Of a DNA stretch of 64,000 nt, positions 1 to 11,217 are shown one piece after another. Source of the stretch: Nostoc sp. (GTDB lineage: Bacteria; Cyanobacteriota; Cyanobacteriia; Cyanobacteriales; Nostocaceae); contig JBALDB010000002.1 in NCBI GenBank assembly GCA_036918135.1, forward strand, positions 192,001 to 256,000, written 5' to 3'. The stretch's first letter is position 1, and each line of letters starts with the position of its first letter. A model generated the notes under the pieces. That model saw only the letters and a list, made by a program, of their open reading frames with translations. It did not search any database and had not been told where the DNA came from. The position numbers and the translations under genes were made by a program.

Positions 1-444
1 GGTTTGGCAAAGTCTCAATTAAGAGACTTTAAAGCAGCCGTTATTGATTTCAATCAAGCACTGCGACTAAATCCCAACCATATAGATGCTTACAACAGTC
101 GGGGAACTGCTCATGCAGAACTAGGAAACACTCAAGCTGCGATTACCGACTTTAACCAAGTTCTGAGAATCGATCCTAAGTCTGTAGATGCTTACTATAA
201 TAGGGGGTTTTTAAATTATAGGCAGGGAAATCACAAGCTGGCGATCGCTGATTTTAACCAAGCACTAAAAATCAACCCCAATTTAGCTGATGCTTATGGC
301 AACCGAGGACTTGCTGAATATGCTTTAGGCAATCGTAAAAGCGCTATTACCGATTTACAACAAGCTGCAAGTCTGTTTCAAAAGCAAGGAGATAGCCAGA
401 AGTATCAGCAAACGCAAGCCCTTCTTCAGCAGATTCAGCAGTAA
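1..444 (+). CDS. Tetratricopeptide repeat protein, 3' part (runs off window start)
   Basis: Repeated 34-aa units AYxNRG..A..LG....AI.DFNQAL.I.P; frame open at window edge. Confidence 0.9.
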   Translation, partial: GLAKSQLRDFKAAVIDFNQALRLNPNHIDAYNSRGTAHAELGNTQAAITDFNQVLRIDPKSVDAYYNRGFLNYRQGNHKLAIADFNQALKINPNLADAYGNRGLAEYALGNRKSAITDLQQAASLFQKQGDSQKYQQTQALLQQIQQ

Positions 445-505
445 TGGGCATTATCAAATTTCCCCTCGGCTAAGAACTCCCTGCTTTCTTCATCTTTGCC
501 ACTTT

Positions 506-1495
506 TCATTCCTCAGTTCCTAATTTCGCATTTTCACCAGAACAATCAAATAAATGTAAACTCAAACGTTGGGAAAGTTCTTCACACACCTTTACTCCCC
601 GCACACTATTACCACGCGCATCCAGTGGCGGCGAAAATACGCCAATGCCCATCTTATTGGGTACAACAGCAATAATCCCACCACAAATTCCGCTTTTCGC
701 CGGAATACCAATTTTATAAGCCCACTCACCCGCAAAGTTGTACATGCCACAGGTGTACATCACACTCAAAATATCTTTGATGTAACGCTTATCTACTGCC
801 CGTTCTTTGGTAATGGGGTTAATACCTCTGTTAGCCAGGGTAGCAGCCATCACTGCTAAGTCTTGGCAATTCACCAGTACAGCACACTGCTGAAAATAAA
901 GATCCAGCGCTTGTTCGATATTTTGGTCAATCATGCCAAAGTTGAGCATCAGGTGCGCCATTGCGCGGTTGCGATGTCCGGTACTGCGCTCTGAGGTAAA
1001 AACTGAAATGTCAACGAACACATCGCGGCCAATATATCGCCGGAACATCTCCAGCATCCGGTTGAGCCGTTCGGTGGGAGCAGATCCTTTAATTAAGCTA
1101 GTAGTGGCGATCGCTCCGGCATTTACCATTGGGTTATAAGGTCGCTTCGATTGCTCATCCAAAATAATTGCGTTGAATGCATCGCCCGTTGGTTCGACAC
1201 CAACTCTCGTCAACATGTAATCCCGTCCACGATCTTCTAAGGCAAGTCCATAAGCAAATACCTTGGAAATCGATTGAATCGTAAAGAACTGTTCCCAGTC
1301 CCCAACTTTATAATCCTGACCATCTACAGTGACAATACAAATACTAAATAAGTCCGGATTTACCTTTGCCAGTTCCGGAATGTAATTTGCTACTGCACCC
1401 TCGCCCAATGACTTGTACAGGGAATGCAAGTCGTTGAGAACAGTTAATAATGACGAGTCTATTTCTAAATCTCCTGAATTTACTTGTTTGACTAT
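506..1495 (-). CDS. glsA: Glutaminase A
   Basis: [18 protein letters not shown] (catalytic SxxK), [15 protein letters not shown] motifs. ORF track starts at TTG 1429 but the frame stays open to ~1510; start uncertain (ATA at 1495 possible). Confidence 0.93.
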   Translation of the reverse strand: MVKQVNSGDLEIDSSLLTVLNDLHSLYKSLGEGAVANYIPELAKVNPDLFSICIVTVDGQDYKVGDWEQFFTIQSISKVFAYGLALEDRGRDYMLTRVGVEPTGDAFNAIILDEQSKRPYNPMVNAGAIATTSLIKGSAPTERLNRMLEMFRRYIGRDVFVDISVFTSERSTGHRNRAMAHLMLNFGMIDQNIEQALDLYFQQCAVLVNCQDLAVMAATLANRGINPITKERAVDKRYIKDILSVMYTCGMYNFAGEWAYKIGIPAKSGICGGIIAVVPNKMGIGVFSPPLDARGNSVRGVKVCEELSQRLSLHLFDCSGENAKLGTEE

Positions 1496-1663
1496 GAGGC
1501 TGATAGCATTTTACGAAATACCTGGTACATATATCGCGATTGAATTTGATTGCCTGAAAAAATACCGTACACCTTAAGGCAAGCGGCAAGAGGCTATTTA
1601 TCTTTCCTTTTTGTCCATTGCCTATTTATACTCAATTCACTACTTAGACTAAAAAATACTACG

Positions 1664-1679
1664 TGTATTTTTTGTTACA
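1664..1679. promoter_or_regulatory. Candidate NtcA binding site upstream of glutaminase
   Basis: TGTA-TTTTTTGT-TACA matches TGTA-N8-TACA; no TAN3T box at the canonical 22-nt spacing toward glsA. Confidence 0.5.
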
Positions 1680-2421
1680 AAATAAAACTCATCTAGAAGC
1701 GATCGCCAAGTTTTTCTAATTTTTTTAACATTAATTACAAAAAAGGTTCGCTTGCGTATTATCCTTTTTTTTATACACATCAACACTGATATAAGAAGTT
1801 ATATAAATCACTCAGTTAAACCTAGTTAGAGATAATACAACTCATGGTTAATTTAGCGAGAAAAAACTTCAAAAAAAGATAGTAAACTTCAACTGATTTG
1901 CATGACTATTTTATATCTAACTCCGATGACAACTTATTTGTACTAAAATCTAAAGATTTACTTAAATAAGTAATTTTGAGTATTTATGCCGATGTCTTTT
2001 AATTAAAATTATATTTATATTTTCTCAGTAAATTACTAAAATTTATGTTTTATAGAATACAAACAGCGTTGTTAGCCTTGGAAACTGATACGAACAAGGT
2101 TTTGTGAGTTTGGTTCACAAAAAATGCAAAGTTTTCTAAAGAAATTTTTGACTTACCCAAAAAAACGTTACACAGCCCAAATCCACATTTGAGCAAGGTT
2201 TCACCCTGAAAATAGTAATTTGATTTGGATAAAGTTGTCTAGAATTACGCTAAAACCCTGATCCCCAAGCCAAAAGGTTCATGCTAGTCTGTTGCAGTTA
2301 CAAAAAAAAAGTGAAGACGGAACGAGTTCGAGTTTTGCCGAAGGGAATTCACTGGTGAAAATCCCGCGAATTATATGACTTAAGTTCTCTTAAGTTCTAC
2401 ACTCGCTTTAAAATTGGACGC

Positions 2422-3531
2422 ATGAATCAAAGACATTTTTGGACTGTTGTTGCTCTGTCTCTAGCTGTTTTGGGGATACCCACAGTTGGCTGCACTCAAA
2501 CCCCCAAGGGAAATGCGCTAGCTTCTCAAAAATCACCTGCTTCTGATGTAGTGAAAGTGGGAGAGTACCAATCAAGAACAGGGGAACAAACCTTGGATGC
2601 TGTGATTACACAAATTCATCCTTACAACATTGGAGGACGTAAGGCGGCAACCCTTTATATAAAAAATATTCCCGTTCTCACTTTTCTGAGTTCTATATCA
2701 GATACGAATGTTGAGAATAAAAAAGTTGGTGGAATAAACGAAACTGAGGGCGTACAATCATACGCCCTTATTGCTGGCAATTCACCTTCATCGGCGAGTA
2801 TTGGAAATGTAGCTGGAGCAAATAATCAGATTAGTTCCGTTGACAAAGACCCAGCTGAGATAGCTGGTGTAATAGCAGCTAAAATCAACCAGTTGAACCG
2901 GGAAAATATAGATGCGAGTCAGATTACCGTCAGTTGGAAAGCAGGGGGCGAATCTAAAGTTGCAAATGTTGCTCAAAACAAGAGCTTCCCTGTAGAAGGA
3001 GGATCTGGCGATCGCTATACAATCAAAGTTAACGGTGAAGAATTAGTAGAAATTAATCAAGGTACGCGATTAGCAGATACCACCAACAATCTGGCGCAAG
3101 ATGCATTGCAAGCAACCAATCGCTTGCGGAGACTACTAGGTAATGCATCACCCTTAAGCGAGATTGCAAATATGCCAGTGCGTCAACCAGTATCAATACC
3201 TAAGCTACCGCGAGAGATTGCCGTCGGAGGAGTCCGAATCAGCTTCAGAGGCATGGCATCTTTTTATGGCTATGACGGTTCCGGCAATCGTACTGCTAGC
3301 GGTCAGAGGTTCAACCCAGAAGGAATGACTGCCGCCCATCGTACCTTACCTTTCGGTACACAAGTCCGTGTAACCAACACCCGCAATGGTCGTTCTGTCG
3401 TAGTACAGATTAATGACCGAGGCCCCTACATTCGCGGTCGAATCATTGACTTGTCTGCTGGCGCAGCTCGAATTCTGGGAATGATGGGTAGTGGCGTTGC
3501 ACCAGTGCATATAGAGGTTTTGGAGAAATAA
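2422..3531 (+). CDS. rlpA: Septal ring lytic transglycosylase RlpA-family protein
   Basis: N-terminal signal/lipoprotein-like peptide; C-terminal DPBB domain GMASFYG...[11 protein letters not shown]...[10 protein letters not shown]...IIDLS. Confidence 0.92.
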   Translation: MNQRHFWTVVALSLAVLGIPTVGCTQTPKGNALASQKSPASDVVKVGEYQSRTGEQTLDAVITQIHPYNIGGRKAATLYIKNIPVLTFLSSISDTNVENKKVGGINETEGVQSYALIAGNSPSSASIGNVAGANNQISSVDKDPAEIAGVIAAKINQLNRENIDASQITVSWKAGGESKVANVAQNKSFPVEGGSGDRYTIKVNGEELVEINQGTRLADTTNNLAQDALQATNRLRRLLGNASPLSEIANMPVRQPVSIPKLPREIAVGGVRISFRGMASFYGYDGSGNRTASGQRFNPEGMTAAHRTLPFGTQVRVTNTRNGRSVVVQINDRGPYIRGRIIDLSAGAARILGMMGSGVAPVHIEVLEK

Positions 3532-3532
3532 A

Positions 3533-3800
3533 GAGACTGGGGACTGGGGACTGAGGGAGATGGGGGAGTGTGGGAGGTGTGGGGGAAAGAGGAAGTGTGG
3601 GGAGTGTGGGGAGTGTCGGGGGAAAGATTTCTTCCCCATCTTCCCGATCCTCCCACACCCCCCCATCCTCCCACACCTGCATTTCTTCCCCATCTTCCCA
3701 TACCTCTTTTTCCTTTCACACCTGCATTTCTTCCCCATCCTCCCACACCTCCCACACTTCCTGTTTGCCCCATACCCCAATCCCTAATCCCTAATTCCCA
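3533..3800. repeat. STRR-like G-rich / C-rich imperfect inverted repeat tract
   Basis: G-rich arm (GGGGACT, GAGTGTGGG units) 3533-3625 followed by C-rich arm (CCTCCCACA, CCCTAAT, three ATTTCTTCCCCATC blocks). Confidence 0.85.
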
Positions 3801-3868
3801 GTTCAACCATCTCCTCTATTTCAGATATAAACTAACGGGGGAGGGATGAGAGAACTAGGGGTATTTTT

Positions 3869-5476
3869 GTGCGCCTGCTGACAACAGTTGCAGCTTTACG
3901 CTGTTATTTAACTAGACGCTGCTTGGAAAACAAGCTGATTGCGGTTACAGAAAATCTGGCACTAGATGAGATAAATAGTTGGCATCAGACAGCAGTCGGT
4001 CTAGTGCCGACAATGGGGAATTTGCATCAAGGTCATTTAAGCTTGATCCAACGGGCGCGGCAAGAAAATTCCACGGTGATTGTCAGTATTTTCGTCAATC
4101 CCTTGCAATTTGGCCCCAATGAGGATTATCAACGTTACCCTCGCACTTTAGAGCAAGACCAACAATTTTGCTCCCAAGCTGAGGTAGATGCAATTTTTGC
4201 GCCGACTCCGGAAGAGATGGCAGTACCCCAGAAAAGTATACAAGAATCAAAGGTTACACAAGTTATCCCCCCATCTGCTATGATATCTGGCTTGTGTGGT
4301 CGTTCTCGGCTGGGTCACTTTCAGGGTGTTGCTACGATTGTGACTAAGCTTTTTAACTTGGTACAGCCTGACCGAGCCTACTTCGGTCAAAAGGATGGCC
4401 AGCAACTGGCTATTATTAAGCAGCTAGTAGCTGATTTAAATTTGCCAATCGAAATTGTTGCTTGTCCAACAGTACGGGAAGCATCGGGTCTTGCCTTGAG
4501 TTCTCGTAATCAGTATTTGACTGCAACAGAAAAACAGCAAGCAGCAGTGCTGTATCGCGGCTTGCAAAGAGCTGAAACTGCGTTTCAGGCAGGACTTCGC
4601 GATCGCAACAAGTTGATAGCAATAGTACAGCAAGAACTGACAATGGTCAGCACGCTTTTAGTGGAATATATTGAATTGGTTGAACCGACTACGTTGATGT
4701 CTTTAGAAAAAGTTCAGGAGGAAGGAATGCTGGCGATCGCAGCTCGTCTGGGTTCTACACGTTTGATTGACAATATTATTTTGCGCGATCGTCAACCCAT
4801 CATCGCCATTGATGGCCCAGCCGGTGCTGGGAAATCCACAGTGGCGCGTCAAGTGGCAGCAAAGCTGAATCTAGTGTATCTAGATACAGGAGCAATGTAC
4901 CGAGCTGTGACTTGGTTAGTACTGCAAAAGGGTATTGCCATTGACGATGAGTGTGCGATCGCCGAATTAGCTAGCCAGTGTCATATTGAACTGACTCCCA
5001 CTCAGGATTTACAATTTCCCGTGCGGGTTTGGATTAACGGTATCGATGTTACCCAAGCGATTCGTACGGTTGAGGTGACATCCCAAGTATCAGCGATCGC
5101 TGCACAATGCGCTGTACGTCAAGCACTAGTTAAACAACAGCAAAGTTGGGGTAAAAAAGGCGGTTTAGTAGCAGAAGGTCGGGACATTGGCACTCATGTG
5201 TTCCCCGATGCCGAAGTAAAAATTTTCTTAACTGCTTCTGTAAGCGAACGCGCACGTCGCCGTCAGCAAGATTTTCAAAAACATGGTCAACCCGAAGTGA
5301 GTTTAGAGCAGCTCGAACGCGACATTGCCGAACGGGACTGGAAAGATAGTACGCGTAAAATTTCCCCTTTGCAAAAAGCGGCGGATGCGATCGAAGTTCA
5401 AACTGATGGTTTAGACGTATCTGAAGTCAGTGCAAAAATTGTTAACTACTACCAGCAACGTTTATCTGAGTGGTAG
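3869..5476 (+). CDS. panC/cmk: Bifunctional pantoate--beta-alanine ligase / cytidylate kinase
   Basis: VPTMGNLHQGH, FGQKD, LALSSRN (PanC) followed by IAIDGPAGAGKST, LDTGAMYRA, EGRDIGT (Cmk). Confidence 0.97.
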   Translation: MRLLTTVAALRCYLTRRCLENKLIAVTENLALDEINSWHQTAVGLVPTMGNLHQGHLSLIQRARQENSTVIVSIFVNPLQFGPNEDYQRYPRTLEQDQQFCSQAEVDAIFAPTPEEMAVPQKSIQESKVTQVIPPSAMISGLCGRSRLGHFQGVATIVTKLFNLVQPDRAYFGQKDGQQLAIIKQLVADLNLPIEIVACPTVREASGLALSSRNQYLTATEKQQAAVLYRGLQRAETAFQAGLRDRNKLIAIVQQELTMVSTLLVEYIELVEPTTLMSLEKVQEEGMLAIAARLGSTRLIDNIILRDRQPIIAIDGPAGAGKSTVARQVAAKLNLVYLDTGAMYRAVTWLVLQKGIAIDDECAIAELASQCHIELTPTQDLQFPVRVWINGIDVTQAIRTVEVTSQVSAIAAQCAVRQALVKQQQSWGKKGGLVAEGRDIGTHVFPDAEVKIFLTASVSERARRRQQDFQKHGQPEVSLEQLERDIAERDWKDSTRKISPLQKAADAIEVQTDGLDVSEVSAKIVNYYQQRLSEW

Positions 5477-5705
5477 TTATCGAAGAGAGCAAGGAGACAA
5501 GGGAACAACCATTTTATCAATCTCTGCTACTGTCACCTTGTCTCCGATTTCTGTTGTACTCTTCTGGTCACTAATAAATGAAAATATAACAGGAGGCAGG
5601 AGGCAGGAGATAGAACTATTACTACTCCTAGCATTCATGCTTATCATATATCCTAACTTATCTGACTACAGTTATACCTGTAAAAAATACCTGTAATCGG
5701 AATTA

Positions 5706-6152
5706 TTACCGATTTTGGCTTCTAATTAAGAGTTGTTCTGTACTTGTCAGGATGACCAGTGGCGCGACAGATACTCTGGCGATCGCCTCTATTGCCCAGT
5801 TGTGATTTACCAAGTCAGGGATCGCTGTAAAAAGCGTCAATCCAACGATCAGTAAAAGTAAAATTATGTAAAAATTCCGATCCCAAGCAGGTTTATCGCG
5901 CAGTCTCGCTTGCCTGCTTATTAAGCTTTGTCGCCAAAATGGAAAGGTACTGAGGACAGCGACAAGGTATAACAGTCCAGCATTAATTAGCAGGGTTATT
6001 TTATGGTTTGGAGTGATGTTAGGATGCCCAAGGGCGATCGCAGTTAAGCAAACTCCCGCTACTATATACAGAAAAGTAAACAGGGTAAAGTATTTCATTA
6101 GTTTCTTTTTATGCTTTGTAAAGAGGGCAGACTCTAAGGCAAACGCATCCAA
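5706..6152 (-). CDS. Hypothetical membrane protein (about four hydrophobic segments)
   Basis: 148-aa ORF with alternating hydrophobic stretches; start uncertain. Confidence 0.65.
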   Translation of the reverse strand: MDAFALESALFTKHKKKLMKYFTLFTFLYIVAGVCLTAIALGHPNITPNHKITLLINAGLLYLVAVLSTFPFWRQSLISRQARLRDKPAWDRNFYIILLLLIVGLTLFTAIPDLVNHNWAIEAIARVSVAPLVILTSTEQLLIRSQNR

Positions 6153-6916
6153 ATTATACTTCTCATAACCAAGGCTAAGAATTAACTAAAAAACAGCATT
6201 TACTGTTTGATTTAATTTTCTCAGCCTCAAGGCAATCTCTAAAATCTTTGTCAATAAGCAGAGATTAATGAGATAGTTTTAGAGTTTATTGACAATAAAA
6301 TTACCTTATTGACATAATACGGCTACCCTGCCCTGCCTTCCCAACTCTAGATTTTCTCCACCTAGAGATAGTGCCAAAATTTAGATAAATATTAAATAGT
6401 TTTTATTTTTGATTATTTTCTGAAAAATTTAGCCAACTATTTTCAACAGTAACTTATTTTAAAATTAATTCATCCAGCTTGGGACTGATTATTTAAAGAC
6501 TAATTAATCTTACTAAAGGTAGAAGTTTCAAAGCCTTAATTGTTGCTTTTAATTACTCAATACCAATTGTCATAGCAATTCTGAATTGTTTTTGAATAAA
6601 GAAGTTTACGACTTATTAGAGAATTCCAAAATATAAGCTTTGCGATTGATGTGTTTCAAATCAGATTGCAATATAGGCCTTTAACTATGAAATATTAGCC
6701 ATTTTTATTTATAGTGATTGCATACGCACGATTTAACTTAATTTTACTTATTAGAGGAGTACTTTGTTTTTCGCTTCACTTTGGTAGTAGAATAACGATG
6801 TTAAGTTTTATGTTTCATTAGAAAAGACATAAGACTACTAAAAATAAAAGCTGCTCATTTTTTAAGCTTCTGCAATACCTTAAAACTGGAAACCGCTAAA
6901 GAGAGGATTTCACACA

Positions 6917-7519
6917 ATGGCATTTGTACAGCCCCCCTTACCCTTCGAGATTAATGCTCTAGAGCCATATGGTATGAAAGCCGAAACTTTCGAGTACCAT
7001 TATGGCAAGCATCACAAAGCTTACGTAGACAACCTCAACAAGTTAACTGAAGGTACCGAACTTGCTGAGAAGCCCCTAGAAGAGGTGATCGTAATTTCCT
7101 TTAAAGACTCCTCTAAGACGGGAATCTTCAACAATGCTGCCCAAGTTTGGAACCACACCTTCTTTTGGAATTCCTTGAAACCAGCAGGTGGTGGCACACC
7201 CAGTGGTGACCTCGCAAGCAAGATTGAGAAAGATTTCGGTAGTTTCGACAAATTCAAAGAAGAGTTCTCTAACGCAGCTGCAACTCAGTTCGGTAGCGGA
7301 TGGTCTTGGCTAATTGATGATGGTGGTACCCTAAAAGTAATTAAGACACCAAATGCAGAGAACCCTCTAGCTTATGGTCAGAAAGCACTTTTAACCTTGG
7401 ATGTTTGGGAACACGCTTACTACATCGACTACAGAAATGCTCGTCCAGCGTTCATCAAGAATTTCCTAGATAAATTAGTCAACTGGGACTTCGTTGCTGA
7501 AAACTTAGCCAAGGCTTAA
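6917..7519 (+). CDS. sodB: Fe superoxide dismutase
   Basis: HYGKHHKAYV, FNNAAQVWNH, QFGSGW, DVWEHAYY; SD GAGG upstream. Confidence 0.97.
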   Translation: MAFVQPPLPFEINALEPYGMKAETFEYHYGKHHKAYVDNLNKLTEGTELAEKPLEEVIVISFKDSSKTGIFNNAAQVWNHTFFWNSLKPAGGGTPSGDLASKIEKDFGSFDKFKEEFSNAAATQFGSGWSWLIDDGGTLKVIKTPNAENPLAYGQKALLTLDVWEHAYYIDYRNARPAFIKNFLDKLVNWDFVAENLAKA

Positions 7520-7579
7520 TCAACAACCAGTTTTCAACTGGCTGTGACAGTGGTTTTTAACGTTTATCAAGAAATTAAC

Positions 7580-7611
7580 AACAGTCACGATTTTTTATCG
7601 TGGCTGTTTTT
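7580..7611 (+). terminator. Probable intrinsic terminator of sodB
   Basis: Stem AACAGTCACGA / TCGTGGCTGTT followed by a T run. Confidence 0.7.
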
Positions 7612-7701
7612 GATTAGCTGGGCACATATAGCAATCCTATTTCGAGGAGGGGTTGAAAAAGGTACAAAAAAAGCTGAAACTTAAAATTAAGAACAAAAAC
7701 T

Positions 7702-8304
7702 TTGTTATCAGGTGTATATATTTTATTTAAAAATGTGCAAAACCTTAGTACTGTTTTCAATAACTTTCCCCAACTGACAACTGATAATTTAATTTTACGA
7801 GAAACAAAACTAGCAGATGTGCCAGCAATTTTTCAGGTTTTTGCAGATGATGAAGTAACAAAGTATCATGATTTAGAAACTGCCACTAGTCTAGAGCAAG
7901 TTCAGTTTATAATTGAGCGTCGTGCAGAGAGGTTTAAAAATCAACAAGGTATTCGCTGGGGAATAGCAAAGAAAGAAGACAATATAATTATTGGTTCCTG
8001 TGGCTATAGTATTAAAAACCCCTTTCAGGCAGAAATTGGATACGAACTGGCAAGAGAATATTGGAGAAAGGGCTTAATGACACAAGCTTTAAGAACTATC
8101 ATTCACTGGGGTTTTCATCAGTTAAATTTAAATAGAATTGAAGCATTTGTCACGCTAGAAAATACTGCCTCTATCAAATTATTAGGAAATTTGAGATTTG
8201 TAGAAGAAGGAACTTTAAGAGAATATGGATTTTGGAAAGGACAATTCCATGATTTGAAGATATTTTCTTTATTAAAAAGGGATTATATGACTTTTAACTT
8301 TTGA
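7702..8304 (+). CDS. RimJ/RimL-type GNAT N-acetyltransferase
   Basis: AEIGYEL..YWRKGLMT, NTASIKLL..LRF..EG.LRE motifs; alternative GTG start at 7735. Confidence 0.88.
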   Translation: MLSGVYILFKNVQNLSTVFNNFPQLTTDNLILRETKLADVPAIFQVFADDEVTKYHDLETATSLEQVQFIIERRAERFKNQQGIRWGIAKKEDNIIIGSCGYSIKNPFQAEIGYELAREYWRKGLMTQALRTIIHWGFHQLNLNRIEAFVTLENTASIKLLGNLRFVEEGTLREYGFWKGQFHDLKIFSLLKRDYMTFNF

Positions 8305-8377
8305 CTTTTGAACCTTCGACTTCCCCGCAGGGGCTACCTCCTGTATCTTAAAAAGAGTAAGATGAAAATCAAAATAT

Positions 8378-8584
8378 ATGGATAGTAAAGAATTAGCGCA
8401 ATACATCGAAGCAACGAATGGTATCAGTAAACCTTGGTTATTAGTTCAACTACGCCTAAAAAAACTGCAAGAGCGTCGAGCTACACTCACAGACGATGCT
8501 TACAGCAAAGAATTAGAAGATATTTACCATGACTTGATGAATTTGGGGGAATGGTGGCGGGGCATTGAAGATGAGGTATTTTAA
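8378..8584 (+). CDS. Small hypothetical protein, cyanobacterial type
   Basis: 68-aa ATG ORF, KPWLLVQLRL..LQE and LGEWWRG.EDEVF, immediately upstream of purM. Confidence 0.75.
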   Translation: MDSKELAQYIEATNGISKPWLLVQLRLKKLQERRATLTDDAYSKELEDIYHDLMNLGEWWRGIEDEVF

Positions 8585-8673
8585 AGAGACGCGATTAACC
8601 CAAGTCTTTCCAAGAGTTAGGAGTTTTGGTAATTTCTAATTTTTAACTGAAATTAATAAAGGTGTAGTCAGGA

Positions 8674-9705
8674 ATGGATTATCGGGATGCAGGAGTTGAT
8701 GTTGAGGCTGGTCGAGGCTTTGTAAATCAAATTCGCAACTTGGTTGACAGTACTTTTAGACCAGAAGTAATTGGTGGACTAGGTGGCTTCGCTGGCTGCT
8801 TTCAACTACCAGGGGGTTTTAAGGAACCAGTTTTAGTTTCTGGGACAGATGGTGTAGGTACTAAGTTGAAAATAGCTCACATGCTCAACCGCCATGATAC
8901 TGTAGGGATTGATTTGGTAGCGATGTGTGTGAATGATGTACTGACATCTGGTGCCCAACCACTGTTTTTTTTAGATTATCTGGCAACCGGGAAGTTGGAT
9001 AAAGAGCAATTAACTGATGTAGTTGCAGGTATAAGTTCTGGATGTAAGCAAGCTGGTTGCGCTTTATTGGGGGGAGAAACGGCAGAAATGCCCGGTTTTT
9101 ACCAGGTGGGTGAGTATGATTTGGCTGGATTTTGTGTGGGAATTGTCGAAAAAAGTCAGATGTTAGACGGTTCTCAAGTACAAATAGGAGATGTAGCGAT
9201 CGCTCTTGCTAGTGCAGGCGTACATAGTAATGGTTTGAGTTTAGTCCGAAAGATTGTTAGCGATCGCAATTTTGCTTGGAGCGATACTCCAGAATTGTTA
9301 GGTGGCGAAACTATCGGCGAAACTTTCCTTAAACCCACGCGCATTTATGTCAAATCAGTTTTAGCAGCGCTACAAGCAGGTTTGTCAATTCATGGTATGG
9401 CTCATATCACAGGTGGTGGTTTGCCAGAAAATCTGCCTAGATGCTTAGGAAAAGCTCAAGCAATTAAAATTGACCCCAACAGTTGGAATATTCCCCCTAT
9501 ATTTCAGTGGCTAGCTGAAGTAGGAGAAGTCAACTCCCAAGCCATGTACAATACATTCAATATGGGAATTGGATTTGTATTGCTGGTGTCACCCGATGAA
9601 GTAGAGCAGACAATTAATCATTTTCGATCGCATGAAATTCCAGCTATGGCGATCGGGGAAGTCATTAGTGGTTCGGGAGAATTAGTAGGATTACCATTTA
9701 AATAG
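8674..9705 (+). CDS. purM: Phosphoribosylformylglycinamidine cyclo-ligase (AIR synthetase)
   Basis: [44 protein letters not shown]. Confidence 0.98.
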   Translation: MDYRDAGVDVEAGRGFVNQIRNLVDSTFRPEVIGGLGGFAGCFQLPGGFKEPVLVSGTDGVGTKLKIAHMLNRHDTVGIDLVAMCVNDVLTSGAQPLFFLDYLATGKLDKEQLTDVVAGISSGCKQAGCALLGGETAEMPGFYQVGEYDLAGFCVGIVEKSQMLDGSQVQIGDVAIALASAGVHSNGLSLVRKIVSDRNFAWSDTPELLGGETIGETFLKPTRIYVKSVLAALQAGLSIHGMAHITGGGLPENLPRCLGKAQAIKIDPNSWNIPPIFQWLAEVGEVNSQAMYNTFNMGIGFVLLVSPDEVEQTINHFRSHEIPAMAIGEVISGSGELVGLPFK

Positions 9706-10135
9706 ATATTTTTTATATATAATATAAATTTTCTTTTTAGTTTAGCAGAGAAATTTTCTCTACTAAAAATTTACTCTCTAAGCCATTTACACAGCTAGTA
9801 TAGGCAGATGATTAAGGGACTTCCTTTCTAAAAACTATCCTGCTGCTCGAAAGTCAATACTCATCAGGGGAGCAACTTCAAGTGATTGTTTTTATTTCTT
9901 GGACTTCCTTGAATTTGATATGCAATATTTATTACTACTTAAAATTTACAGGTAATTTAAACTATTTATAACTACTAACGTTGAGATTTGCTAACGTAGT
10001 CTTAACATATCGAAAAATTTGCTAATAAAGCTGAGAAATTAGCTGTTAACACTAATTTACAGTCCTGAGTATTTCTCATCTGTAGGTGTGGCGTTTTAGT
10101 GTGTTAGGAATATATATTTTTGTTTAGAGAGGGTT

Positions 10136-10822
10136 ATGGTTGTAAATTTGGCCCGCACTAGTGCTTCAAAAGAACTGTTGAGGCAAGTATTCCAGAATAT
10201 TGATGCACACAGTTGTCCCAGGTTATTCAACTTTCACATGCACACTGTCCATTCAGATGGGAGGTTGCAGCCGAGTGCATTGATGGAGCAGGCGATCGCA
10301 ATTGGGTTAAAAGGGTTAGCGATTACCGATCATCATAATATTGGCGGCTATCTAGCAGCACAAGCTTGGTTAGAGGATTGGAGGTGGAATAATCCCGGTG
10401 CAAGCACTCCTTTATTGTGGAGTGGTGTGGAAATCAATGCTAACCTTTTAGACATAGAAGTTCATATTTTGGGTTACGCTTTCGAGCTAGAACACCCTAG
10501 TATCAAACCCTATCTGCAAAGAAGGGCGACTACAGGCAAAGAATATCAAGCAAGTAATGTGATTGCTGCAATTCAAGAGGCTGGTGGATTGGCAGTTTTG
10601 GCTCATCCTGCGCGTTACAAGCGATCGCATTTTGACTTAATTCCAGCTGCGGCTAAAAAGGGTATCGATGGTGTAGAAGCTTTCTACGCCTACAATAACC
10701 CCAATCCCTGGAAACCCAGCGCCTTAGAATCAGAGCAAGTACAAAAATTAGCTGATGAATATTTTCTTTTGAATACCTGTGGTACTGATACCCACGGTTT
10801 GAATTTGCTACAACGCTTGTGA
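10136..10822 (+). CDS. PHP-domain metal-dependent phosphoesterase
   Basis: FHMHTVHSDG, AITDHH, VHILGY, LAHP, GTDTHG. Confidence 0.92.
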   Translation: MVVNLARTSASKELLRQVFQNIDAHSCPRLFNFHMHTVHSDGRLQPSALMEQAIAIGLKGLAITDHHNIGGYLAAQAWLEDWRWNNPGASTPLLWSGVEINANLLDIEVHILGYAFELEHPSIKPYLQRRATTGKEYQASNVIAAIQEAGGLAVLAHPARYKRSHFDLIPAAAKKGIDGVEAFYAYNNPNPWKPSALESEQVQKLADEYFLLNTCGTDTHGLNLLQRL

Positions 10823-11217
10823 AGATGAATTTATGCTTTTAACAGGGAACAGAGTAGGTTTTGGGCAAGGTTTAAATACTCGCCCAAAACGCTCGTCTTT
10901 AAAGGCCGGGCTTCAAACCCTTGTTTTTTTGGAGTTAAGCATTTGTTGTTTCTCTTTGCGTCCCTTGTCTTGAAAAGTGACGCTCTTACGTTGCTAACCT
11001 GCACTAACAGACCGCCTCAAGCCGACAAGTCGTGACTTTTCGCTGCGTCCTTGACTATACCTTGCAGGAAGCCGCTTTGCCTCTACGTTAAAAAATTGAT
11101 TTTTACAAAAAGTTTTAGCCTTAATACCAAGGTATTGACATTTATCCCTTCTTCCTATTCGTTGTTAAGAGTTCCCTACCTACACAAGTCAGTCAGAAAT
11201 TGAATCAGATTCCTATA

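Noticed and set aside
2280..2420. Possible riboswitch in the rlpA leader
   Set aside because: Somewhat structured-looking, but I could not match c-di-AMP or other known riboswitch motifs; needs an Infernal search
3346..3849. Six overlapping Gly/Pro/His-rich ORFs
   Set aside because: Artefacts of a low-complexity G/C-skewed repeat that lacks stop codons
5430..5696. 88-aa ORF overlapping the panC/cmk end
   Set aside because: Overlaps another gene, runs through repeat-like intergenic DNA, no recognisable features
11001..11030. attC-like left arm CACTAACAGACCGCCTCAAGCCGAC
   Set aside because: No matching right arm or adjacent cassette ORF; embedded in nested small repeats
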